Source: a virus (taxonomy: Duplodnaviria > Caudoviricetes). From it: a stretch of DNA of 58,428 nucleotides. Location: positions 1 through 58,428 of the IMG/VR virus record IMGVR_UViG_3300035180_000124; one strand, written 5' to 3'. Of the stretch, positions 25,886 to 33,749 are shown one piece after another. The notes beneath the pieces are model-generated. The model was given only the letters and a program-made list of their open reading frames with translations. It was not told where the DNA came from and made no database searches. The position numbers and the translations under genes were made by a program. How positions within the stretch are numbered: position 1 is the stretch's first letter; each line of letters starts with the position of its first letter.

Positions 25886-26076
25886 ACCCGCCGATCAAAG
25901 ACATCCCGAACTTCGCGGCGTGGAGCAACAAGAACCTAGCCGACTTCGCAGTCGATGCGTACCTCCGTATGCAAGAGCAAGCGTACGACTTGGAGCAAGA
26001 GCGCCTCAACGCCAAGGCAGCGCTGGAGATGGCCCGTAAACTTTTATTGGAGAAAGACAATGGCACAAACCCCTGA
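25882..26076 (+). CDS. Hypothetical protein
   Basis: Start MNPPIKDIPNFAAWS at an ATGA overlap. Confidence 0.65.
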   Translation: MNPPIKDIPNFAAWSNKNLADFAVDAYLRMQEQAYDLEQERLNAKAALEMARKLLLEKDNGTNP

Positions 26077-26380
26077 AGGCAAGGTCAAAGCTGCCGTACG
26101 CAAGGTGCTGGTCGAGGAGGGGGTGTACTACTTCAGTCCTGCGGCCAATGGCTTCGGGCGTGCGGGTATCCCCGACATCATCTGCTGCGTGCAGGGGTTC
26201 TTCTTAGCCATCGAGATCAAGGCGGGTAAGGGCAAGACAACAGCGCTGCAAGATCGAGAGATCGCAGCAATCAACAGCAACGGGGGCATCGCCTTCGTTG
26301 TCAACGAGAACAACATCAACGAGGTAAAGGAGATCATCACATGGATAAAGACGAATTTCAAACAATCAGTGCTGTCATAG
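26060..26380 (+). CDS. VRR-NUC domain nuclease (Holliday junction resolvase-like)
   Basis: TPEGKVK...GIPDI...IEIKA...TALQ...GGIAFVV; GGAG RBS. Confidence 0.85.
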   Translation: MAQTPEGKVKAAVRKVLVEEGVYYFSPAANGFGRAGIPDIICCVQGFFLAIEIKAGKGKTTALQDREIAAINSNGGIAFVVNENNINEVKEIITWIKTNFKQSVLS

Positions 26381-26628
26381 ACGGCAGGCTCGCAGCGATG
26401 GGCGTAGAAGGTGCCACGCATATGGTGCGCATGTTCGAGATGATCTCGGCAAGCTTCGCTGGTGAAGACCAGCGACCCACGGTGCTGGTGCACGGGGTCA
26501 AGCACAACCTCATCGTGCTGTCAGTGAACGTGGAGGAGCTGGAGATGGTAGACATGCTGGCCACAGCCTACGCCAAGATGCACGACACATTCATCGGGGA
26601 CAAGCCCGCGCCGGGAGACATACATTGA
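26341..26628 (+). CDS. Hypothetical protein
   Basis: AAGGAG RBS; abuts the polymerase gene. Confidence 0.65.
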   Translation: MDKDEFQTISAVIDGRLAAMGVEGATHMVRMFEMISASFAGEDQRPTVLVHGVKHNLIVLSVNVEELEMVDMLATAYAKMHDTFIGDKPAPGDIH

Positions 26629-28634
26629 GCGCCCCATACGACACAATAATGGCAATTGATTTTGAAACTTTTTGGGACACCAAAAGTAGGTATTCATTAA
26701 AATACATGACCAACGAGGAGTACGTACGTGACGCTAGATTTCATGACTTCGGAGCATGCCTACACGAGTTCGGAACTGACAAGCACACTCAGTGGTATCG
26801 AGGAGGTGCCGAGCTTTCTCGCATCCTATCAACATACGACTGGCGACGAACAGCAATCTTGGCACATAACGCCCAATTCGATGTATCCATCCTCTCTTGG
26901 AGGTACGGGATTAAACCCGCCTTCATCTTTGACACGCTATCAATGGCGCGAGCTTTACGAGGCGTGGAGGTTGGCAACTCCCTCGCCAGACTTGCGGGAG
27001 ATTTTGGTCTTCCCGCCAAGGGGACTGCCGTACACAGTACCGATGGTGTGGCCGAGTTGGACAAAGACTTGGAACTTGAGCTTGCAGACTATTGCAAACA
27101 CGACGTATATCTTTGCGAGCGAATTTTCGAGCGACTTGTTCAAGGCTACCCCAAGTCAGAGCTGAGACTGATCGACATGACGCTCAAGATGTACACGCAA
27201 CCCGTCTTGCAGTTGGACAAGCTCATGCTGGCTAACGCGTTGGAGGAAGAGAAGGAGAAGCGTGAGGAGTTGCTGCAGCGCTTGGGTGTGACGGATGCAG
27301 CGTTGGCCAGCAACGGCCAGTTCGCAGCGCTGTTGGAAGCGGTCGGCATGCCGCCGCCCATGAAGAAAAAGAAACCCACACCCAAGACGCCTAACCCCGT
27401 GGGTATGAACTACGCCTTCGCCAAGACGGACGCCATGTTCCAAGCCATGCTCAACGGAACCAACGAGGATGTGGCTGCGCTGTGTGAGGCACGGCTCAAG
27501 GTCAAGTCCACCACGGAACGCACCAGAGCACAGCGATTCTTGGAGATTGCAGGCCGAGGCACCCTACCGGTACCCCTGAGCTATTACGGCGCAGCAACGG
27601 GCCGCTGGACGGCCAGCAAGGGCAGCGCTATCAACATGCAGAACCTGAAGCGCGGCTCGTTCTTACGCAAGGCCATCATGGCACCGCCGGGGTATCGGCT
27701 TGTGGTGGGGGACTTGTCCCAGATCGAGCCGCGTGTGCTGGCGTGGCTGTCTGACTACGATGAGATGCTCGACATCTTCCGCGCGGGGGGTGATCCGTAT
27801 GCTGCCTTCGGTGCACAGATGTTCAACATCCCCGGCTTGACCAAGGAGAGTCACCCTGACTTGAGGCAGTCAGCCAAGTCAGCGCTGTTGGGTGCGGGGT
27901 ACGGGCTGGGTTGGGCCAGCTTTGCTGCACAACTGCTTGTTGGGTTCCTCGGTGCGCCACCTGTGCGCTACACCAAGGCCGAGGCGCTGCAGTTGGGCGT
28001 GACAAAGGCGTACATCGAGCAGTTCCTGAGCTGGGACGAGAACCTTGTGAAGATGGAAGAGATCGCGCATACCTGCACCATGAAGGAGCTGCTGATCCAC
28101 TGCGTTGCGGCCAAGAAGATCATCGACATATACCGTGCCACTGCGTATCAGGTCGTCTCATTCTGGTCGATGCTGTCGGGGTTGATTCAGACTTCGTTGT
28201 TCGACGGAGAAGAGTTTACTTACAAGTGCCTGACGTTCCGCAAGGAAGAGATCGAACTGCCCAACGGTATGAAGCTGCTGTACCCCAACCTGCGTAAGCA
28301 GCCGAAGAAAGACAGCAAGAAGAACGAGTGGGAATGGGTGTACGGTGAGGACGCTACCAAGCTGTACGCCGGTAAGATTGCGAACAATGTCACGCAAGCG
28401 ACAGCACGGATCGTGATGACTGATGGTATGCTACGGGTGTCAAAAAAATACTTCGTGGCTGGGACTGTTCATGACGAACAGATAGCAGTTGTGCCTGATG
28501 AAGAGGTTGAGTTCGCTAAGACTTGGGTCTTGGCGCAAATGACTATGGAGCCACGGTATCTTCCGGGGATTCCATTAGCCGCTGACGGTGGCGCACATCG
28601 TCGTTATGGACTGGCAAAAGGTAAGGAGAAGTAA
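26625..28634 (+). CDS. DNA polymerase family A with 3'-5' exonuclease
   Basis: Exo I DFET, Exo II AHNAQFD, Exo III YCKHD; TGRW; motif A DLSQIEPR; motif B RQSAKSALLGAGYG; motif C VHDE. Confidence 0.93.
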   Translation: MSAPYDTIMAIDFETFWDTKSRYSLKYMTNEEYVRDARFHDFGACLHEFGTDKHTQWYRGGAELSRILSTYDWRRTAILAHNAQFDVSILSWRYGIKPAFIFDTLSMARALRGVEVGNSLARLAGDFGLPAKGTAVHSTDGVAELDKDLELELADYCKHDVYLCERIFERLVQGYPKSELRLIDMTLKMYTQPVLQLDKLMLANALEEEKEKREELLQRLGVTDAALASNGQFAALLEAVGMPPPMKKKKPTPKTPNPVGMNYAFAKTDAMFQAMLNGTNEDVAALCEARLKVKSTTERTRAQRFLEIAGRGTLPVPLSYYGAATGRWTASKGSAINMQNLKRGSFLRKAIMAPPGYRLVVGDLSQIEPRVLAWLSDYDEMLDIFRAGGDPYAAFGAQMFNIPGLTKESHPDLRQSAKSALLGAGYGLGWASFAAQLLVGFLGAPPVRYTKAEALQLGVTKAYIEQFLSWDENLVKMEEIAHTCTMKELLIHCVAAKKIIDIYRATAYQVVSFWSMLSGLIQTSLFDGEEFTYKCLTFRKEEIELPNGMKLLYPNLRKQPKKDSKKNEWEWVYGEDATKLYAGKIANNVTQATARIVMTDGMLRVSKKYFVAGTVHDEQIAVVPDEEVEFAKTWVLAQMTMEPRYLPGIPLAADGGAHRRYGLAKGKEK

Positions 28635-28955
28635 ATGATGGCAAAAATAAAAGCGATGTTCCCACGTAGGATGCGCGTAGGTAAGAAGCTGTATTCAGTC
28701 GAGGTCGTTGAGGCCATGATCGAGAAGAACTGCGTAGGTCGTACACGCTACGCCGACCGCAATATCCAGATCGCCGCGAAGCACAACAACACCGGGCGCT
28801 TCCTTGCCGGTGCAGAGATTCGTGACACGTTCTGGCACGAGGTGACACACGCCATCCTTGAGGACATGGGACGGCACACACTGAACCGTGACGAGCGATT
28901 CGTTACGGAGTTCGCTAACCGGCTGTCCGCAGCCATTGACTCTGCGAGGTTTTGA
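28635..28955 (+). CDS. Small HExxH metallopeptidase-like protein
   Basis: TFWHEVTHAIL...E motif; AAGGAG RBS. Confidence 0.75.
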   Translation: MMAKIKAMFPRRMRVGKKLYSVEVVEAMIEKNCVGRTRYADRNIQIAAKHNNTGRFLAGAEIRDTFWHEVTHAILEDMGRHTLNRDERFVTEFANRLSAAIDSARF

Positions 28956-28956
28956 T

Positions 28957-29322
28957 ATGCAAGGTACGGGTCAGTACGGCAAGTTTGGGTTGCTAAACAT
29001 AAAACGAGCTGCAATAAACCTTGATAACAAAGAACTGTACAGCCGCCAAACATACATCTGCTGGACATGCCAGCAAGGGAAGAAAAAAGACGATGTGAAG
29101 GTCACACGGCCTTTTGGGTTCGGTACGCTACGTAAGATTATTTGCCACGATTGCAGCGCTGCTGCAAAGAAAAGAAAGCAGGAAAAAGATGAAAGTAGTT
29201 TGGTCTCACTCAGCGCTGAAGGATTACGAGTCCTGCCCCAAGAAGTACCACGAGGTGCGGGTACTGAAGAAGCACAAGTTCACGGAGACGCAGGCAACGA
29301 TGTACGGAACAGAGCTGCATAA
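28957..29322 (+). CDS. Hypothetical Zn-finger protein (overlaps exonuclease start)
   Basis: GAGG RBS; CWTC...CHDC. The C-terminus runs 134 nt into the next gene. Confidence 0.5.
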   Translation: MQGTGQYGKFGLLNIKRAAINLDNKELYSRQTYICWTCQQGKKKDDVKVTRPFGFGTLRKIICHDCSAAAKKRKQEKDESSLVSLSAEGLRVLPQEVPRGAGTEEAQVHGDAGNDVRNRAA

Positions 29323-29851
29323 AGCAGCCGAGGATTACATCGGTGAGGGCAAGCCCTTGCCCAAGCAGTTTGACTTCATCGCAGGCACGCTCGACGCGCT
29401 CAAGGCCAAGCCCGGTCGCAAGCTAGTCGAGTACCAGATGGCGTTGACGACTGACCTGCAGCCATGCGGTTGGGTGGGGCCAGAGGTGTGGGTTCGCGGT
29501 ATCGCTGACCTTATCATCATGGACGACGACAACCTGACGGCGTGGGTGGTGGACTACAAGACGGGCAACAACAAGTACCCGGATCGTGAACAGCTCAAGC
29601 TCATGGCTATCATGGTGTTCGCGCACTTCCCGCACATCCGTAAGGTGAACGCCGCCTTGCTCTTTGTCGTGAAAAACGATATGGTCAAGATCAGCGTGGG
29701 AGTCGATCAGGCTGAAGGCGAGTGGTGGTCATACCGCAAGCGTATTGCCCGTATCGAACAAGCGCATGAGACGGGCGTGTGGAACCCGAAAGCCTCACCC
29801 CTTTGCCCGTGGTGCCCCGTCACCACTTGTGTACACCATCCTAAACATTAA
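29189..29851 (+). CDS. PD-(D/E)XK exonuclease, Cas4/RecB-like
   Basis: WSHS...CP, GTELH, GIAD, VDYKTG, QL and CPWC...C (Fe-S-type Cys arrangement). Confidence 0.88.
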   Translation: MKVVWSHSALKDYESCPKKYHEVRVLKKHKFTETQATMYGTELHKAAEDYIGEGKPLPKQFDFIAGTLDALKAKPGRKLVEYQMALTTDLQPCGWVGPEVWVRGIADLIIMDDDNLTAWVVDYKTGNNKYPDREQLKLMAIMVFAHFPHIRKVNAALLFVVKNDMVKISVGVDQAEGEWWSYRKRIARIEQAHETGVWNPKASPLCPWCPVTTCVHHPKH

Positions 29852-29861
29852 AGGAACAGTC

Positions 29862-30122
29862 ATGCCTTACAAAAACCCAGCAGATCGCGCAGCCTACCCC
29901 GCGTACGATCAGAAGCCCGCAGTTAAAAAGAAACGTGCTGCACGCAACCAAGCCCGTGCCATCATGGAGAAAGAAGGTCTGGTGCACAAGGGTGACGGCA
30001 AAGATGTCGATCACAAGAAGGCGCTCAGCAAGGGCGGCACAACGACACGCAGTAACCTGCAAGTCAAGACTGCAGCAGCCAACAGGTCGTACGCTAGAAA
30101 AAGCGACCACAGCATTAAATAA
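29862..30122 (+). CDS. HNH endonuclease-like protein
   Basis: DVDHKKALSKGG...NLQV...NRS; AAGGA RBS. Confidence 0.75.
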   Translation: MPYKNPADRAAYPAYDQKPAVKKKRAARNQARAIMEKEGLVHKGDGKDVDHKKALSKGGTTTRSNLQVKTAAANRSYARKSDHSIK

Positions 30123-30137
30123 AAACACGAGAAGCAA

Positions 30138-31697
30138 ATGCAAGTCATCGACAACAAAGCACTACTCTTCAAAACCAGAAACCCCGACAAGTACCATTTA
30201 ATCCCCAAACGTCATATCGTGTCAGAAGATAATGGGACGTTTGAGATAATGGTTTACTGGGGGTTGGAAGAGGTTCAGGTACTACGAAACTTAGGTGTCA
30301 AAGATGTACCTTCGCCTATTACGGGCCGGTACGGTTGGCCGGGGCGCTACACACCCATGTCGCACCAGATGGCGACAGCAGATTTCCTGACCATTCACCG
30401 CAGAGCATTTGTGTTCAGCGAGCCGGGTACAGGCAAGACGTTGAGCGCTTTGTGGGCGGCTGACTACCTGATGAGTATCAAGAAGGTGCGTAGGGTTCTG
30501 ATCCTCTGCCCGCTCTCAATCATGCAGAGCGCTTGGTTAGGGGACTTGAGCAGCAGCGTCATCCACAGGTCTGCCGTTGTAGCGCACCATGCGCAGGCTA
30601 GTCGCCGTATCGAGATGGTGCAGCAGGACTTCGAGTTCGTCATCGCCAACTACGACGGCTTGAACCTGATCGCCAACGAGGTGCGCAACGATGGCCGTTT
30701 CGATCTGGTGATCGTTGACGAAGCCAATGCGTACAAGACCCCCACGACTAAGCGCTTCAAGGCGCTGGCCAGCATCCTGACACCTGAGACACGGCTGTGG
30801 ATGATGACCGGCACACCTGCATCGCAGTCTCCGGCGGATGCGTACGGCTTGGCCAAGCTGGTTAACCCCAACGGCATCCCCCGGTTCTTTACGGCGTGGC
30901 GCGACAAGGTGATGCACAAGGTCACGATGTTCAAGTGGGCGGCAAAGCCTGCGGCCCCACAGCTCGTACACGAGGCGCTACAACCTGCGATACGCTTTAC
31001 CAAGGCCCAGTGCTTGGACTTGCCGCCAGTGCTCACCACGACCCGTTTGGTGCCCATGACGGTGCAGCAAGCGAAGTATTACCACACGCTCAAGGAGCGC
31101 ATGTCGATCCAAGCGGCAGGCGAAACGATCACCGCTGTCAACGCCGCCTCGGGCTTGAGCAAGCTGTTGCAGATAAGTTGCGGCGCTGTGTATACAGACG
31201 ACAAAGATGTGGTGGAGTTCGATGCTGGCCCCCGGCTATCCGTGTTGGAAGAAATCTTGGAAGAGACCGACCGCAAGGTGTTAATCTTCGCCATGTTCCG
31301 CAGCAGTATCGACAGCATCTACAACCACCTGACCAAGAAAGGCTTCAACGTAGAGCTGATCCACGGTGGCATCACCCCGAACAAACGTGCCGATACAATC
31401 CGGCGCTTCCAGAACGAGCAAGACCCCCGCGTGTTGGTGATGCAGCCACAGGCTTCGGCGCACGGGATCACGCTGACCGCAGCCGATACGGTGGTGTTTT
31501 ACGGGCCACTGATGTCGGTCGAGCAATATATTCAGTGCATCGCACGGGCAGATCGCAAGGGTCAGAACTCCGACAAAGTAACAGTTATCCACATCGAGAG
31601 CAGCCCCGTAGAAAAGAAGATGTTCACAGCTTTATCCACAAAGGTTGTGGATAACTTTACTCTGACTCAGATGTTTGAGACAGAAATAAATTCTTAA
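30138..31697 (+). CDS. SNF2-family (SF2) helicase
   Basis: GTGKT, IVDEA, MTGTP, HGITLT and ARADRKGQ motifs. Confidence 0.9.
   Translation: MQVIDNKALLFKTRNPDKYHLIPKRHIVSEDNGTFEIMVYWGLEEVQVLRNLGVKDVPSPITGRYGWPGRYTPMSHQMATADFLTIHRRAFVFSEPGTGKTLSALWAADYLMSIKKVRRVLILCPLSIMQSAWLGDLSSSVIHRSAVVAHHAQASRRIEMVQQDFEFVIANYDGLNLIANEVRNDGRFDLVIVDEANAYKTPTTKRFKALASILTPETRLWMMTGTPASQSPADAYGLAKLVNPNGIPRFFTAWRDKVMHKVTMFKWAAKPAAPQLVHEALQPAIRFTKAQCLDLPPVLTTTRLVPMTVQQAKYYHTLKERMSIQAAGETITAVNAASGLSKLLQISCGAVYTDDKDVVEFDAGPRLSVLEEILEETDRKVLIFAMFRSSIDSIYNHLTKKGFNVELIHGGITPNKRADTIRRFQNEQDPRVLVMQPQASAHGITLTAADTVVFYGPLMSVEQYIQCIARADRKGQNSDKVTVIHIESSPVEKKMFTALSTKVVDNFTLTQMFETEINS
31632..31654. promoter_or_regulatory. Inverted pair of consensus DnaA boxes
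   Basis: TTATCCACA-AAGGT-TGTGGATAA. Confidence 0.6.
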
Positions 31698-31767
31698 GAA
31701 AGGAGCCACAGACCGCAAAAACCACGCTACACTTGTCAAACACTAGACACAAAAAGGAGAAATCAAA

Positions 31768-32172
31768 ATGACTGAAGCCACGATACCAATGGACAAATTA
31801 GCCCGCGTCTACCGAAAGATAAAGGCAGAGATTGACGAGTTGACCAAGGAATATGACACCAAGGTCGAGACGTTGAAAGCAAAGCAAGACACCCTGAAGT
31901 TTGCTATGAAAGACCAGATGAAGGCGCTGGGCGTCAAGTCTGTTAACACCGCCTTCGGCACTGTGTCGATGGTGCAGAAAACCCGCTACTCCACGCAGGA
32001 CTGGGACGCGTTCAAAGACTTCGTTGTCGAGAACCATGCCGTTGATCTGCTGGAGAAACGAATTGCCCAAACCAACATGGCGCAGTTCTTAGCGGACAAC
32101 CCCGGTTCAGTGCCACCCGGCCTGAACGCATTTTCGGATTTTGAAATCCGCGTTACTAAACCTTCCAATTGA
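31768..32172 (+). CDS. Conserved replication-module coiled-coil protein
   Basis: AAGGAG RBS; coiled coil then SVNTAFGTV, DWDAF, LLEKRI, VPPGL. Confidence 0.8.
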   Translation: MTEATIPMDKLARVYRKIKAEIDELTKEYDTKVETLKAKQDTLKFAMKDQMKALGVKSVNTAFGTVSMVQKTRYSTQDWDAFKDFVVENHAVDLLEKRIAQTNMAQFLADNPGSVPPGLNAFSDFEIRVTKPSN

Positions 32173-32182
32173 GGCGCATACC

Positions 32183-33187
32183 ATGAGCAAAGTTTCCTTA
32201 TTTAACCCCTCGAACGTACCTGCGTTCGCTCGCAACAACGTGCTGTCCGAGACGGCAATGGCCCTGACGGGCGGTAGCTCCGGCGGCGCTGCCGGTAAGC
32301 GTATCTCGATCAAGGGCGGCGTGTTCCGTCTGATGGATAACGGCAAGGAAGTTGCCGCCATTGAAGACCGTCACCTCGACATCATCATCGTCAAGGCAGC
32401 ACCCAAAGTGGGCCGTCAGTTCTACGCTGCTGCGTACGACAAGGATGCTACAGCCGCAGCGCCTGATTGCTCCTCCAACGATGGCGAGCGTCCTGACCCT
32501 TCCGCTAAGAACAAGCAGTCCGAGACTTGCCTGTCGTGCCCACAGAACCAAGCCGGTTCCGGTACGGGTAATAGCCGCGCCTGCCGCTACCAGCAGCGTC
32601 TGGCTGTGGTGCTTGAGAACGACATGGGCGGTTCCGTCATGCAGATGGTGTTGCCCGCTACGTCGATCTTCGGCAAGGCAGATGGCGACAAGCATCCGCT
32701 GCAGTCCTTCGCCCGTTACTTGGCTGCGCAGAACCCACCGATCAACCCCGAGCAGATCGTGACCCGCATGAAGTTCGACACGAAGTCGGAGTCCCCCAGG
32801 CTGCACTTTGCTCCAACCCGTTGGTTGACGGACGACGAGTACGAAGTCATTCAAGACCAAGCCGATAGCGATGATGCCAAGAAGGCTATCGTGATGAATG
32901 CAGCGCAGACAGACGGCGTGAAGGCGGCACCTCTGGCTATCGCCGGTAAGCCCCCAGTAAAGGCTATCCCAGCGCCTGCACCGGAGGAAGATGACGAGGA
33001 AGTGGCCGCACGTTTGGCGGTAGCCAAGCCCCCCAAGAAGCCTAAATTCACTCCCGCACCCGTGGTCGAAGAGGAAGAAGACACGGCTCCTGAGCCCGAG
33101 GTACGCAAGGCCCCATCCAAGGCTACTGCAGTTCCTGCAACCAAGGCAAGCCTCGCAGACATCGTGTCTGACTGGGACGACGAGTAA
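32183..33187 (+). CDS. Putative single-stranded DNA-binding / annealing protein
   Basis: RISIKGGVFR, C..C.QN...SG...RAC zinc motif and an acidic C-terminus (DWDDE); lies among replication genes. Confidence 0.7.
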   Translation: MSKVSLFNPSNVPAFARNNVLSETAMALTGGSSGGAAGKRISIKGGVFRLMDNGKEVAAIEDRHLDIIIVKAAPKVGRQFYAAAYDKDATAAAPDCSSNDGERPDPSAKNKQSETCLSCPQNQAGSGTGNSRACRYQQRLAVVLENDMGGSVMQMVLPATSIFGKADGDKHPLQSFARYLAAQNPPINPEQIVTRMKFDTKSESPRLHFAPTRWLTDDEYEVIQDQADSDDAKKAIVMNAAQTDGVKAAPLAIAGKPPVKAIPAPAPEEDDEEVAARLAVAKPPKKPKFTPAPVVEEEEDTAPEPEVRKAPSKATAVPATKASLADIVSDWDDE

Positions 33188-33194
33188 TTAGTTT

Positions 33195-33317
33195 CGCTGG
33201 GCCGCAGGCAGCGGTCGCATTGCATAGGTCGGGGGGTTTTTTTAAATGTGTTTTTACTCCTCGTTAAAAGGCCTTCACATACCTATGACTGCGTTTCCTG
33301 CCCTGCGTGTCCCAGCG
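33195..33317 (+). ncRNA. Long imperfect hairpin between SSB-like and HTH genes
   Basis: Nested pairs CGCTGGG/CCCAGCG, GCAGG/CCTGC, CGCA/TGCG, CATAGGT/ACCTATG and ATGTG/CACAT. Confidence 0.6.
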
Positions 33318-33327
33318 CCTTAACACT

Positions 33328-33606
33328 ATGGCCTACTCACAAAAAATCATGGACGCTGTTGCGGCGTCACCTAAGACGATGGGCAACAAGCTCGGGCGAT
33401 GGGCCATTCACTTGGACTTCCCCGTGACGAAGATTGCTATCGCTCTGGGTGTTACGCGCCAGACGGTCTACAACTGGTTTGAGGGCAAGGACGTTTTCGT
33501 TGCTTACCAGAACCGTGTCGAACTGCTACTAACAATAATGTCCTCGTCCAAGACGGCGGACGAAGCTTGGAGAAAAATATGCAAAGAATACAACTTAACT
33601 CCGTGA
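33328..33606 (+). CDS. Cro/CI-type HTH transcriptional regulator
   Basis: VTKIAIALGVTRQTVYNWFEG helix-turn-helix. Confidence 0.85.
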   Translation: MAYSQKIMDAVAASPKTMGNKLGRWAIHLDFPVTKIAIALGVTRQTVYNWFEGKDVFVAYQNRVELLLTIMSSSKTADEAWRKICKEYNLTP

Positions 33607-33737
33607 GTCCACGGATGCTTACCGACGAGGAACTGGCGCACTACGCAACGCTTCACGCTGCAGGAGAGCTGCCCCCTGAATGGGTAGACGAACTCGTCAA
33701 GCGCTTCGCCGCACTCGTAGACGCCGAAACACAATAA
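33603..33737 (+). CDS. Small hypothetical protein (44 aa)
   Basis: GTGA overlap; SPRMLTDEELAHYA...WVDELVKRF. Confidence 0.55.
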   Translation: MSPRMLTDEELAHYATLHAAGELPPEWVDELVKRFAALVDAETQ

Positions 33738-33749
33738 CCTAGGGTACCT

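Noticed and set aside
30896-31654. Long alternative-frame and antisense ORFs (for example 30896-31654, 39333-40196, 19830-20585, 11015-11710)
   Set aside because: They overlap well-supported genes, lack motifs and RBSs, and are expected in GC-rich coding DNA.
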